NCBI GenBank assembly: GCA_002633005.1
Contig: NMRA01000177.1
Location: forward strand, 698,059 to 762,058
Length of the DNA: 64,000 nt
Source: Phoronis australis
Lineage: Eukaryota; Animalia; Phoronida
Direction: 5' to 3'
The translations under genes were made by a program, and so were the position numbers. The notes beneath the pieces were generated by a model. It made no database searches. It was not told where the DNA came from and saw only the letters and a list, made by a program, of their open reading frames with translations. Shown here piece by piece: positions 1 to 12,300 of the stretch (position 1 is its first letter; every line of letters starts with the position of its first letter).

Positions 1-689
1 TGTGTTGCACGTGAATGCTACGATTGTAATTTGTTTGATTTTTGAGTCTGTTTTGGGTTAATGATTGCTAGTTGTTGACCGCCCACATTTTGTTCAGTCG
101 TGAATTTTCAAGTTCTCAAAATCTTTACCGCTTGCAAGCGGGAAGTTGAAACTTAGCACTAACTTAGCTACCCTCTAGACGCTTTGGATTTGTAAAAAAT
201 CTGGCTGGTCGACACCCAGATTTAATCTAATTTCTATAACCTGAAGAGTTTTGGTAATCTGAATGCACTGTCTCTGAGTTAATAGACACGACCTTGACGG
301 CACTTTCAGTAATCGTAAAAGATGGAAAATTGGCCTTGGAATTAGTTTCCATGGACCGTGTACAACTGAAGGTTTTTGTAGACTTTGACTTTAAGTATCG
401 TCAGATTTTGTATGCCTGAGAAACATAGTGTTGGAGCTGTCAAGACCTGTTTTTTTCGAGCCCAAAATCAGCAAATTTTGTTGAGTGCCACCTTTGACGA
501 GGTGTATGCGCACCATTCTCGAGTTATTCGAGATTTTCTGTTCTGATGACTACTCTTGACTGATTCCGTAATACTGTTTTCTTGGCTTATCATTCACTGT
601 ATTAGACCCTATCGTCATCATAGTTTTTCATCCATTTTCATCAAGTGTACAAGGTTGTGTTTCATAAAATCGATTTTGTTATAGTTGTT

Positions 690-845
690 CGTCGTCATTA
701 TCATGGTCACCATCATTTTCATTCATTTTCACCAATTTCGAGGACATGCATCGTTTATTTTCACCATCATCATCGTCGTCATCGTCGTCGTCGTTGTCGT
801 CGTCATAGGCATCATCATGATAATCATCATCATTTTCATTTCATC
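690..845. repeat. Degenerate (CAT/CGT)n trinucleotide microsatellite
   Basis: Runs such as catcatcatcgtcgtcatcgtcgtcgtcgttgtcgtcgtcat; this explains the His/Arg-rich spurious ORF 645..926. Confidence 0.85.
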
Positions 846-1035
846 TTTCCATTCACTTTGTTAATTTCGCCAAGTGTTTGCTTTTCAGAGCGCTTTCTTC
901 GTTTCGATTTTCTTGTATCGAAGTAGAACATTGCGAGATAAAAGGAGACATTACCTTCACGTCATGAGGCAATCCTGACACTGCACAGCCGGGGATCCAC
1001 GTGAGGTTCTCAGTGTCCGGTTGCATGAAACAGTC

Positions 1036-1425
1036 CCAAATAGGGACTCAACTAAGTTCCCTAAATCTACTGCGCATTTTTGGACTTGTGAAAACATCGA
1101 TTGCCCTTTCTTGCATTTTTAGTTTCATAACTAAAAGACAATTTTTGACTTTGATTCAAACTGAGGGTGAACTGAACGTTGAAATGTCAATGTTATCTAA
1201 AATAAGTAGGGATCTTTTCATGCAACACTCCCAATTTAAGGACTAAGTCCCTATTTAATTTCAATGATCTCTGTTCTCAGTTCTTAGTTATATTATTAGA
1301 AAATGTCTTTAATCAAAGACAAGCTAATGATAGAGATGAAATGATAGAAAAATATTGCATATGTGAGTCCATAAAGACACAAATATGCACAAAGACTTAG
1401 GGACCTTAGTTGAGTCCCTCTTTGG
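1036..1425. mobile_element. MITE-like element with ~29-bp inverted repeats
   Basis: ccaaatagggactcaactaagttccctaa (1036-1064) is the near-exact reverse complement of ttagggaccttagttgagtccctctttgg (1397-1425); the interior is non-coding. Confidence 0.6.
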
Positions 1426-2721
1426 CCACTGGAGCTCACGCTCAGTGCTTTTCAGTTACGCGCAAGACTACAGACCTTGAGCGAGGTTAAGTATGGCGAT
1501 TCTGTCCCACTCGTTTCATCCAAATTTCCAAACCTTTCAAAGCTTTTGTCACTTTTCGGTATTTGTTGTGCAACCACTGTAAAACCAAGAAGGCATCCAG
1601 GTAAAAAGTAAAATCGTTTGTTATCACTTCAAACTGTCTTTTACATTCTGCCTTTCACTCGCAATGACCGAACCTCTTTCAGTAAAAATGAGACCTCACT
1701 CTTTCAGAGGCTCATCTTTCTAAGTGAACCTTTTGTAGGGAAAAAATCCACGAACGCACCCTTTCGGAGAAACTTTTTCGGCGAAGGTATTCTTACATGG
1801 CTTCATCCACCTTCTGAGTGGCAAGATTTATTAAAGCTCACAAGACCGATCTTAGCTGAAACGATAGTTCGACTGTCAATTTGCACACAGTGTGTTAATG
1901 TGAATCGTGAAGACTATTGTTTAACGAACATTAAACTATTTCACGGTCGAAAAACGCATTTTACGATCATCGCAAAATGGGATAGACGTTTTTAAAGTTT
2001 TAATTAGCTTTGACCAGAGCTATAAAACAACAAGATCCGATTTTGTTAGAACTGCCCAATACTCGCCGTTGTCTTCCGGCATATATTCGATGAAATTAAG
2101 ACCGGTGACCAGCCAAATACGCTCACTGAAGGCTACTCTGCTATCTATCGAGAGAGGTTTAGCTCCAACAGCAGAGGTTTGACTGCGACTGCGAGGGCTG
2201 CAGGGATCGTTTCCTCGCTGAAGGACATCTCAGAAAACGACTCTCGTCGATGATGTCCCTTTAACTCTGAATGTGGAAAATTGTTAACTTTACATCAGTT
2301 TCAACCATTTCGCAGTCCTGAAATCGTCACGTTTTCAATAAGTGATGCCCACAAATGTCTTAGCTACCGGGTCCCTAAAGAACAGACAAAGACATTTTCA
2401 TTCTAATACCAGTTATATTGAAGAAAAGTTACACCAATGTAAATAATACTCACTGAAGATGCCTCACATAGAATTTTGTGTTGTTTTTATTTTATTCTTT
2501 TTGCAGGGCGGTTTATTTACATTCCATCGTGACAGCATTATCGCAAACATTGACGTAGATTTATGTGTATTTGTTTGACCTCGAGATTTACTTATTAAAA
2601 TCGAAGGTCACCAGGCAAAGTTTTCTTTAGCCACATATTACCTAACAATTTCTTGATTTGTAAATTCTTCTAATAGAGGCTTTCACTTATTTCACAAAAT
2701 AATAATACGCCAGTCGGTATC

Positions 2722-3339
2722 ATGTTGAGTCTAATCGGTATAGCTTTACTAGCGCTATCTATTGTGTGATTTCAGATCGTAAGGTCACCCAGTCATCAGG
2801 CGGCGAGACTGTCTCGTCTAGGAGTCGCCTAACCCAGGAATGAAAACAGCTTGTGGTGAAAGGCGGCGACATATCGATCAAAACTAGTTCGACAGAGACA
2901 ATTTCCGACAACGGGATAAAATGAAGCCCAGTTATCGAAAGTAGAAGTGGTCGCTTGTTTGATATTACAAGATTTATCGCGTGAAGTTGAAAATATCGCA
3001 CATGATTATGAGAGATAATCTGAGCAAATCTAAGAAAGATAGCATACGACTGGGTTCCAACCTCCAGCGGGAAGTCGGCTTTCTGCAAGCCCAAAATGCA
3101 ATCATGTTCCTGACTGTATTGACTTCCTTTTCTGATGTGGATGTTCACTAGAAATAGGTGTCGCATCAGTGCTCAGTGCTTTCTGCGAACTAAAACCTCC
3201 GCTACGTGGACAATAACTAACTATATGCTTCAGTTACCCAGCTGACGATTAACACAGAATTAAAAGAAAAAGAGAATTATTGCGAAGAGGAAAGTGACCA
3301 ATCTGTGTCTTTGCTGGAAAGGCCAACCTTCGTCGTTAA
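2722..3339 (+). pseudogene. Possible decayed secreted deaminase-like paralogue (many stops and frameshifts)
   Basis: Begins with signal-like MLSLIGIALLALSIV. Across frames it reads RQRQF (cf. NHQY), AHDYE/II*ANLRKIAYDW (cf. HAEIQVLDAL), and CKPK-AIMFL-Y*LPF..GCSLEI (cf. EIHMYTQLSPCERCTNRI). The motif order matches the intact gene, but several frame switches are needed. Confidence 0.25.
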
Positions 3340-3494
3340 GTTATTCGACGTCATTTTTATGATCAATCATGGGCCAGAATAGATCGAAACCGACTAGTTT
3401 CTGCAGGTACTGCTCTATTGGTGGTAAAAGCATGACAGTTTTGCATGGTATCAAATTATAGAAAAAACTTTAAAAAGTCGAATGGAATTTGCTT

Positions 3495-3950
3495 ACAGAG
3501 GAAAAGGCTCCCAAGCGTAACAAATCAAGCGTAGTCTATGGTGTAAGTTCAGTGCAAGGACCCCCATTGCTCAGTCGCTATGTAGGTGAAACAAAATTAA
3601 GTCTTTAAAAATACAACATCGTCGCCGTAGTTACGAGGACACTTATGACTCGGCTATTTTTGGTCACTTATGCGCCACAGAACATGGTTTTGATACTGGT
3701 GTTGTCACTATTCTAGACTGTGAGGAAATTTAGTTCAGAAGGGGTGTCAAGGAAGCTCTACACGAGCGCCCCTCTCTGAACATACTGTCACAGCCTTATG
3801 GGATTGTGTCCTGATCTAGATGCCATGTCGTCTGGCTAAAACGCTACCTATTGACCAGAACGATAGTAACACCACTTGCGAAGCTTATGTCTGTGAGCGA
3901 CGGACGCAACCGTCGCTCACTCAAGTAAGTAAATTCCAGTATTCGACTTT
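3495..3950 (+). mobile_element. Penelope-like retroelement remnant (GIY-YIG endonuclease C-terminus)
   Basis: Broken translation KSSVVYGV...RYVGETK...QHRR...SAIFGHLCATEHGFDTGVVTILDCEE.*FRRGVKEALHER. The VVY/YVGET pair is the GIY-YIG signature. It is paralogous to 18535-18865. Confidence 0.75.
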
Positions 3951-4479
3951 TAATTTTTTTTCTATATTTCTTGTCAATTATTGGCTTACGAATTTTAATT
4001 ATGAAATGGAAATGTCTCAGTGCTTTCTTGAACGGTACGCTATGCGTGTGCTTTGGTTTGGACGTTCGTCGTTAGCATATGATGATCCGGAAAATCCTTT
4101 TGTTGTTTTCAGGGTTTGGTGCCTTGTAATCTTGTGTGCGTTAAAATACACGAATGATTGTTGAATGCACGGATTAAGTCTGTTCTTGTTGTATTATTCA
4201 AAGTGGCTCTCTGCCACTAAACAGAAGACAAACTGCTCATCAGGTATTTTTACGGATTGTTCGTAAAAAAAATCAAATTTCTGTTGACGTCAAAGCATTT
4301 TTCCTTTAGTTTCATCATAGAACTCTAGCCCTGGAATGCCAACTCTGATCTCGCGACCGCTCCGGTTGCGTCGCGCATGAGTGATAGTTGTTTGTATTCG
4401 TTTGTTCCGGTGTGTATATTTGGTGTGGAAATTAATACTTTTCGTAACTCCGCCGTTTTTCAAAGGAATTGCATAAGAG

Positions 4480-4930
4480 CCAAATCATTAGAAAGCCCTT
4501 TGTCAGTTCTTGATGATTATACCAGAAGCAAAAGATAAACAATTTAACTCATAAATAATTATCATTTCGCATACCGGACTGGTTTAGAAATGCTTTTTAA
4601 TTCTAAAAACCAAGAGTGTTAACAAAATGGGAGAAATAACAGCGTGTAATAGTAACACAAAGAAGGAAATGAACCAGTGAGGTTATATAAATCATGAATA
4701 GTTAAAATATCAGGGAAATTTCATGATACAAAAGATTTCATCCCGTGTAAAGACAACGGTTTTAGAAAATGGATGCATGACACTTGCTGTGGATAATTTA
4801 GCCAGGCATTCTTCCAAAATTATACACCTTTACATATCGTAATTGATTGGACTTATGGTGCCATTTGATACAATTATACTGATAAACTACTCCAAGTATC
4901 TATCCGAAATTTTCAGAACTTGTGATAGAT
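4480..4930 (+). pseudogene. Possible second decayed deaminase-like paralogue
   Basis: One frame reads TSEVI*IMNS*NIREIS*YKRF, then a shifted frame reads IPCKD...CCG*FSQAFFQNYTPLHIVIDWTY...RNFQNL*. This is collinear with HAEIQ...TVKEIHMYTQLSPC...IEQFAREHPTVNFYIGYDY...PLKNLW of the intact gene. Confidence 0.3.
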
Positions 4931-7900
4931 AAAAAAACGTGAAAATATCTATCAGGTAGTACTGTGGATAGCTCATCAAATGGGTTGCAGTGTAGGACTT
5001 CCCATAAAGATTAGAAATAAACTTTTTTTCTCCAAAAAGTAAATGTTAGTTATCCTGATACATGTAGTGTAAGTTACCGTAAACACATTTTTACGACTGT
5101 TATGTTACTAAAGAAAGTGGACCCTGGACAATGATAGTAAAAGAGACGATGTTATTTTGAACATCTGTCGCGTACAGTAGTTGTCACGGTCAACATTCAT
5201 GAACGAGAAAAACGGAACAACTTGATTGAAAAGCGGGACTTCAGGATAAAAAGCTGGACATCTAGGTCTAAGTCAAAACGTAAGGATGAAATGTGCTATA
5301 TATCATTAGCGGCAAAATTGAAACAGTATTGGGATAAAAGAGTTTTTATCCCATACGCGTCGAATAAGTGGTATTGCTTTCCGTACTGCACTCCCGGGAC
5401 TACTTTCAACAGTGCCCTCTATACTCTGATATGGAAAGTACTAGGGTACAAAAGGTAGGTCAAAGTCGACTCGACGTTGCAGTAAGTGGCTCTATGACTT
5501 CAAACTTTCCCAAAATAGTTTAAAGTGATACAGTTACAACAGCATAAATAACACTCAACATGCAGTCAGGTCACAAACTTACAAATGGTACAAATCAATT
5601 ATATAACTCCTATGTCTCAATTTTATTTGCTAAAATATCATTACAGTTTTAGTGTTAAACCGACGTCATAACATTCAGCCATTCCCATTGGTTGAAATCT
5701 GGGAAACCCCTTTCAGTTTACTGGTACGTAATATAGCGACCACCTTTGATTTGAATAGTTGCAATTTATTAAAACGGGCAGTGATCGAAGTAAATAAAAT
5801 CAAGGAAATCCCAATCCAGTGGCTAAAGCCCAAACAAGTACAGTGCATAAAGGCGTGTGTAAGTGGTGGCGATGTGATTGGTATTGGACGGAATTCCGTG
5901 TGTCGTTCATCATGTTTCCACAGGGTCACTTTTCAGTGCAGGTGGTGCCGTGTCAGATGATAAAAGATCGTCTACAACTCAGGCCGGCACCGATTCCTCG
6001 AAAACTACAATGTTTAATATTCTTGCTATTTATTTTCAGAAATGTTACAAGGCTAATGCACAATTACCATTGTTATCTCTTTTCAAGTAATAATTAGTTA
6101 CACTCAATACTGTTTTCTTTTACTGGAGTAACTATACTTATAAATTAACGAGCAAGTATTACGCTATAGGTTGTGATCCGTCACGTGGGTTGCCAGTCTT
6201 GGTGAAGAATTAAAAAAAAATTAAAAGAAACTTAAGAATTCAAAGGGTATGGGACAAATACGATATCGGTCGATAGGCGGAATAATTTCAAGTGGGATAT
6301 TTCTTCATCTACGTCACTCTCGGTACGTTTTGTGTATGTATTTCTTCTGTCTTTCAAAAATAGTGAATCTGACAATTTTTCAAGTGATTCTAGTCGGTAA
6401 ATCAACCCTTAAACAGAGCTGAGTATTGACTAAACAAACTCCTGCAATATTCAAACTGAATAATTCTCACATTAACATCCCCCAAGAAGCAGACTCGTCA
6501 CGATCTGTTTAAAGGGTATTTTTACGAATTTTCAAGTTCCACACCTCTTTAAAAGCGTGGCAAATCCAATTTAAACCAATTAACAGATATATGTAGCTCA
6601 CAAGTCTTCTGTTATCACTATAGACTTGTCATTTGTCAGGCCAGTGAAGGTGGCCCCGAGGCAGAGGGTATGTTCGCTGGCTCCTCGAGCCAGTTTTTCA
6701 TCGTCACCTTTACAAATTCCCATATCATGAACGTACGATTCTCTGTTGAAAAGCATCGCCTCTTGTCTCTGTCGAAGCGTTTTCAAATAGTGCAAAAACA
6801 CTCATCGATTCCACCAGGAACGTCGTTTAGCGACAGTGTATTTGCCTCTGACATCTCGGCGGAGCTTGCGATAGGTCAATTCACGCGGCGGACATTAAAT
6901 CCAAAGCGAGGCTCACTGCGATAAACAAAGATTAAGTTGACCTTGCGTGAGTTAAATGGTCGGTCTTTCGAGTCCAACTTGGATATTAAATCTTAAAAAT
7001 GTGTCGATAATTAGCCAAAGAGACGTAGAAAAATATATCAGAGGACAAATCAATGGACCAAAGAGTTGTCTGACGAAAGGGTATATTTTTTTTCCGGAAA
7101 ACAAGGTTCGAAACATGGAAAGTAAATATGACTAAATTAAGGCGATCGCGTTAGGGATTAGGTATTATGCTGAATGCAGTGTTACGCTTCTTCTTGTAAA
7201 TCGTTGATAAAAATGCTTTCTACACGAACCAGGCCATCTGCTCGTATTTTGATGTCATGTGCAATTAGTCACATCTCGTTTAATTTGTTGACAAAGAATA
7301 TTAACATCAAGCATAGCCTAAGTCATGGTGAGGTCAGTAGTGACTACCGGGACTAATAGTTGATTTGTCATTGATCTGAAAGAATAATTGATGTTATTAA
7401 ATATATGTTTTATTAAAATAAAAAACCAGGCTCGTAATTGAAAATAAAAATTATTTGATCACCAGTTCTGCTTTCTTGGTGTTAAAAACTCTTACGTCTA
7501 TTTCTTGTGTTAGGATTCAAATTTGGACCAAGTTGAATTTTAAAATCAAAACACCAAATTCGTTCGTCCAAAGCATATACCTCGTTTTAGAGCTCAATTT
7601 CAGTTAACTGGACAGAACAAGCATAGTTATCATGTTTCTTCAGGGGCCTCGTTTATCCGAGGGGAAAAGTGTTTGTGCCTTCTGAGAGGGCATTCTTTCG
7701 CCGAGAGTGAGGGGAAATCTACCTCCCGATCAACAGCACTCTCTCCCTGTTGCAAGCTCTCATAGGCTCTGTCTCACGTAGCATTTTGTGCTCTTTCAAA
7801 TTGTCACCTGTGTGGTTACAGGTGATTGCGGAGAGATTTTTTCAATCACTGTGGGGAATTTTTAGGCATCGTTGGGGGACTGAGCTAGGCTAGATACCAT

Positions 7901-8164
7901 CTCCAACCTTAAATGCTAGAATGGCGTTAATCAGTCGTGTAAGATATCGGCTACAGGGGTCATCTTCCCATCTCGTTTTTGGGTTATAGAGTCGAACAAG
8001 TTGGGAGCAAGGGTAAAACGCCGTAATGAATTTCGCGTGATTTTTCTATATTTTTAAGAGGGAAATAGGGCCGATATTCGGTCCCAAAATCGAGAGATTG
8101 AGGTCCCTGTCCTTTTTGGAAAGAAAAATCATGTTTCAACCCGTAGCATGGACGGCGCGCANGG

Positions 8165-8236
8165 TCTATAGGCGGTGCACCAAGAGGGCTGAGGAGGCTT
8201 GAGCCCCCCACTTTTTTCAGTGCTGCGCCACCCATG
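8165..8236. repeat. Short interspersed non-autonomous DNA-transposon-like repeat (same family as 62185-62320)
   Basis: ggcggtgcaccaagagggct...gagcccccca-ctttttcagtgctgcgccacccatg matches in reverse complement catgggtggcgcaggtctgaaaaaagtggagc...ccttatggtgcacc near 62254-62312. Confidence 0.55.
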
Positions 8237-9376
8237 CGTAGTCATGAAAACACAGTCTGGCTAGCAGAAGATTTTCCGGTCGTCGGGGTGCTATGATGTT
8301 CGGCAACCGAGATGCGACAAAATATGGCCTAACTTTTCGAAAACATTTATAAATTTTACACGGACATATTTTCCTTCGTCGCGGCGTATGGCAACGACCC
8401 GACGCTTCGAATCTCAACGTCCTTAGGGAGAACAGACAGTTGAGAGTCCGTATTTTTTCAAGCCGTTCAAGCAACAGGAATGCAACTCGATAAGCCAACA
8501 GAGCTATCGTAGCGAGCCTCGTTTTCGAACACGCCTCCTGTCGGCGTGAATTGGGTTCATGGTGCATAGCGCCCGTCTTCTTGTTTTCCTCGCGCCGAGA
8601 CATTTTGCTACCAAAACGCATCACGCCCAACTTAACTAGTTGGCGGTCTGTTTGCGGACAGCAACTTGAATGTTACTTCCCCCCATTTGGTCGATTACTA
8701 AATGAACGCTGAAATAAATTTCGTGTCTTGCTAATCCCTAGTCAAGGCTATAGTTTTACTCGATCGAACGAAAATTCAACATCTCTTCTGTGAATATAAT
8801 TCTGCAAATATTGAACAGGGGTGGAAATGTAGACCACAAACATTTTTGTGAATCTGGTCTGCACGTCACCTGGTGGCCACATCATTACGTCACGTGATTT
8901 TGCCAACAGGTGGCGTGCAAACCAGGCTTACAAAATGTTTGCAGTGATCTTCGTGTGCGAGTGTTGCGAACAGAACATTATCATCTTGTTCCAAAGGAGA
9001 TGAGTGAACAGGAGTCCATTAACAGAGGATCACGTTTTTATAGGTATTTCAGACTCATGCTCAGACAATCTTTACATAAATGCGATCCACTGAAAGGTAA
9101 ACTACTAACAGTCTTTGAATGTTTCTAAAACCGCTTAGACCTAAATAGTTGCGTGATTTTCGTTTTCTGACTAGCGAATGTTCGTAAATCGTGTACTCTT
9201 GCCGTAAGACAAAAAATCCAAAGATAATATATCAAGCTGTCAGGAATTGACATTGATATGATCGAGTGACGCGCGAAACTGTCATTTATGAGCGCGCATT
9301 TTGAGACGCCACTTGTGTAGTTTTTTCTTTGATCGCTTGTTGCTTGTTCTTGTGTTGGATTTCAGGAACTGTAAAT

Positions 9377-12300
9377 ATGTTTATTTGGGTAAGGTAAGAT
9401 ACTAGATTTCTTAGAATGTTTTGAATTTATTGTTACGCCGTTTTTGAAGAACATACTCTTCAGCATAATGCGTTAAAATTTCAAAGCTTGTAAACTGATA
9501 AATCGATATTGCTCTGTTGTTGTATTGACGCCTCTTTTAAGGAAAGTCTTTGTTGACCTTGTTAGTCGTACGTTTGATCGTCGCAACAAATCGCTTTCAA
9601 CTTTATTCAACTTTGGTTGAAATGAGAAGATAAAATACCAATGGAAGCTAACGTTTTTCATCTTAATGACAACGGTTAGAACTCATCGTCGCAGCCACGA
9701 CCTGTCGCACGACCATTGTTGTAGATCAATCCCAAGGCCCGCAACAGTGGTTGCAGTGGCGTTCGGGCCAAAACGTTAACAATACCCAAAGCAATAAGAT
9801 CTAAACTTATTAAGACAATTATAAAGATTTCCGATAATACCCTGACCAGACATTTCTACAGATTTTCAATGACCAAACATGGTCTTCTCCAAAGTAATGC
9901 GTTTTCTGGGAAAATGTTAAATTTACAACACACCAGAAAACGTCGTTATGTCCTGTGAACAAAATAGCCTATGTAGATTTTTCTTTTTTGCCAGAGGTGC
10001 CTTTGTTCAAGGGGCTGTAAGGGAAAAAGGTAATTATGTGACCACTGTTTCTTTGTAGATTTGTAGTGAGCAATACAAAATATGAAAATTTAAGAAACTA
10101 ACGATTAAAACGTCATTTTTTTGCATCATTCTCAAGCTTTTGGTTGTGTAAAGTTGAAAACAAAACGCTCACGAGACTCTCATGTGCCGTTTGCTCGATG
10201 TTTGCGACACGATAACAACTTCGCCGAAGGAATATTTGCCCGGAATTTTAGTTGACATGTAATGAAATATTAGAAACTAAAAATGAAGGGAAATCAATTC
10301 TTGTAATTTGGTGTGAACAGTACGCCACCTTGTGGAAGAACAGCTGACTGAAGAATTGCTGTACGTGAACTTGGAATCCTGCTTAATCTCAAGATTAAGC
10401 GGAAGTGAGTGTTGCGTGAACTTGGAATACGCGAGGCAACTTGACAAGTTCACTCAAATAATCACGTTCATGTTCATAAAAATTTTCACTGCACTAAATC
10501 AAGTTACATTTGAATAAAATAATGTCAATTTTAACCAACCTTTTCAACTACGGGCGATCAGTTTCACCAAACATTAATGGATTTAGCCGTTCACATATTC
10601 CTCCGGTTCAGTTACGGTAAAGGAGAAAATAGTTGACCGAAAGGCCAATAATTACAAACATTCTTTTCACCGAACAAAAATTTCCCCTTTTTACCTTAAA
10701 GGCGAAGGCAACCTTTTTCATGTCACTTTTAGAAAAAATAAGATTCGTTGATTATCCCAGACACATTTTTCACTTAATTACATCTTTTCGTAATTTGATT
10801 AATTGCTCGTCTTCTACTCCGGAAGTGACGTTTTGGGAGGCAAGAGTTTCGCGCCAATTTCTTTTCATTAAAGTCTGACCGTGAGAGCAGTCGAGTCAGT
10901 CATTGTTCTACCTCGTTTATGATAAGTTCGGTCGTCGTTTGCTTTTGTTTACAAGTCAGTCAACATACCACGCTGTTGCTACGTGCCGGGATGTACTCAT
11001 TATCGTCTCACACGCGCTTTGGGTACCTTGCGTCGCTTTCCGAAGGATGACACACGTACTTGGCTAGCTCGTTCATGTGAAGAACGCAGCGCTACCCGTC
11101 CACGCAACGTACAAAGCAATGGAGGGTTACCGAGTGTCTGGCAAGCATTTTCTGCCGTCAGATTATGACAGATATGTACGCTGAATTGATGAAAGTCCCT
11201 GCGAAACAACGCCTGAAGAAGGGTACCATACCGTCGCTGTTGATTCCCGGCAGTGCCCCATCGCCAACCCCGAGAAGTGCGTTTTTGAAGCGAGAAGCCT
11301 CGCGAGCTGTGGCCACTATATACAGTGACTGGAAGCACTTCATCTACTGTTACCCGTGTCTCCGAACGTACCCCATTGCGTGCAATTCCGGGAACTAGCA
11401 GTGATTCGCCCTGTGCTCATCTCTAGCCCAGAGCCTATAAGCAGCCCTGCAGCGATGTTGAGTAGTGGGAGTGAATACAGGCCCAGTTCGACACCCAGTG
11501 AAGAGGACAGTTCGTCATCCAATGAACAGATCGGTGAGCCTAAGTTTGACAAAATTATTGTGGACTTGTATTGGAGCTATTTGGAAGGTGCCAGGTGTGT
11601 GGTGCGGGAGTCACATGGCGGGATGTAAGCAGTTTGGGTGCTCAGATGACCCTTCAGTGGGAGTGTGTCGCGGGACACTCGGGCAAGAGAGACAGTTCTT
11701 CCTCTGTACGTGAGACGATAATGAGTACACCCCAGTACGCAACAACAGCGTGGCATGTTGACTGACTCGTAAGCAAAAGCAAACGACGATCGAACTTATC
11801 ACAACCGAGGTAGAACAATGACTGACTAGACTGCTCTCACAGTCAGACTATATGAAAAGAAATTGGCGCGAAATTCTTGCCTCCCAAAAGCTCACTTCTA
11901 GAGTAGACGACGACTAATTAATTAAATTACGAAAAGCAATAAATAAGTGAAAATATGTCTCGGATAATCAACTAACCTTATTTTTGCTAAAAATGACAAG
12001 AAAAAAGGTTGCCTTCGCCTTTAAAGAATATTCAATTCCTAGTTCACGCAACACTCACTTCCGCTTAATCTTGAGATTAAGCAGGATTCCAAGTTCAAGC
12101 ACAGCAGAATAACGCGAAAAAGAAACTGGCGAACAGGTGGCGCTTTATTTCATGGCGACGGAAGCAAATGCATGTTAGTATAAACAATTTAGCAACAGAA
12201 CAACGATATAACCGTAACTTTAGCATCCGTAACCTATTCGCTTTGCTTAAGAAAGATTGTAAATTTAATGACGTAATTGTTTTGATTCATCAGTTTTCTA

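Noticed and set aside
645-926. His/Arg-rich 93-aa ORF
   Set aside because: It is a translation of a CAT/CGT microsatellite.
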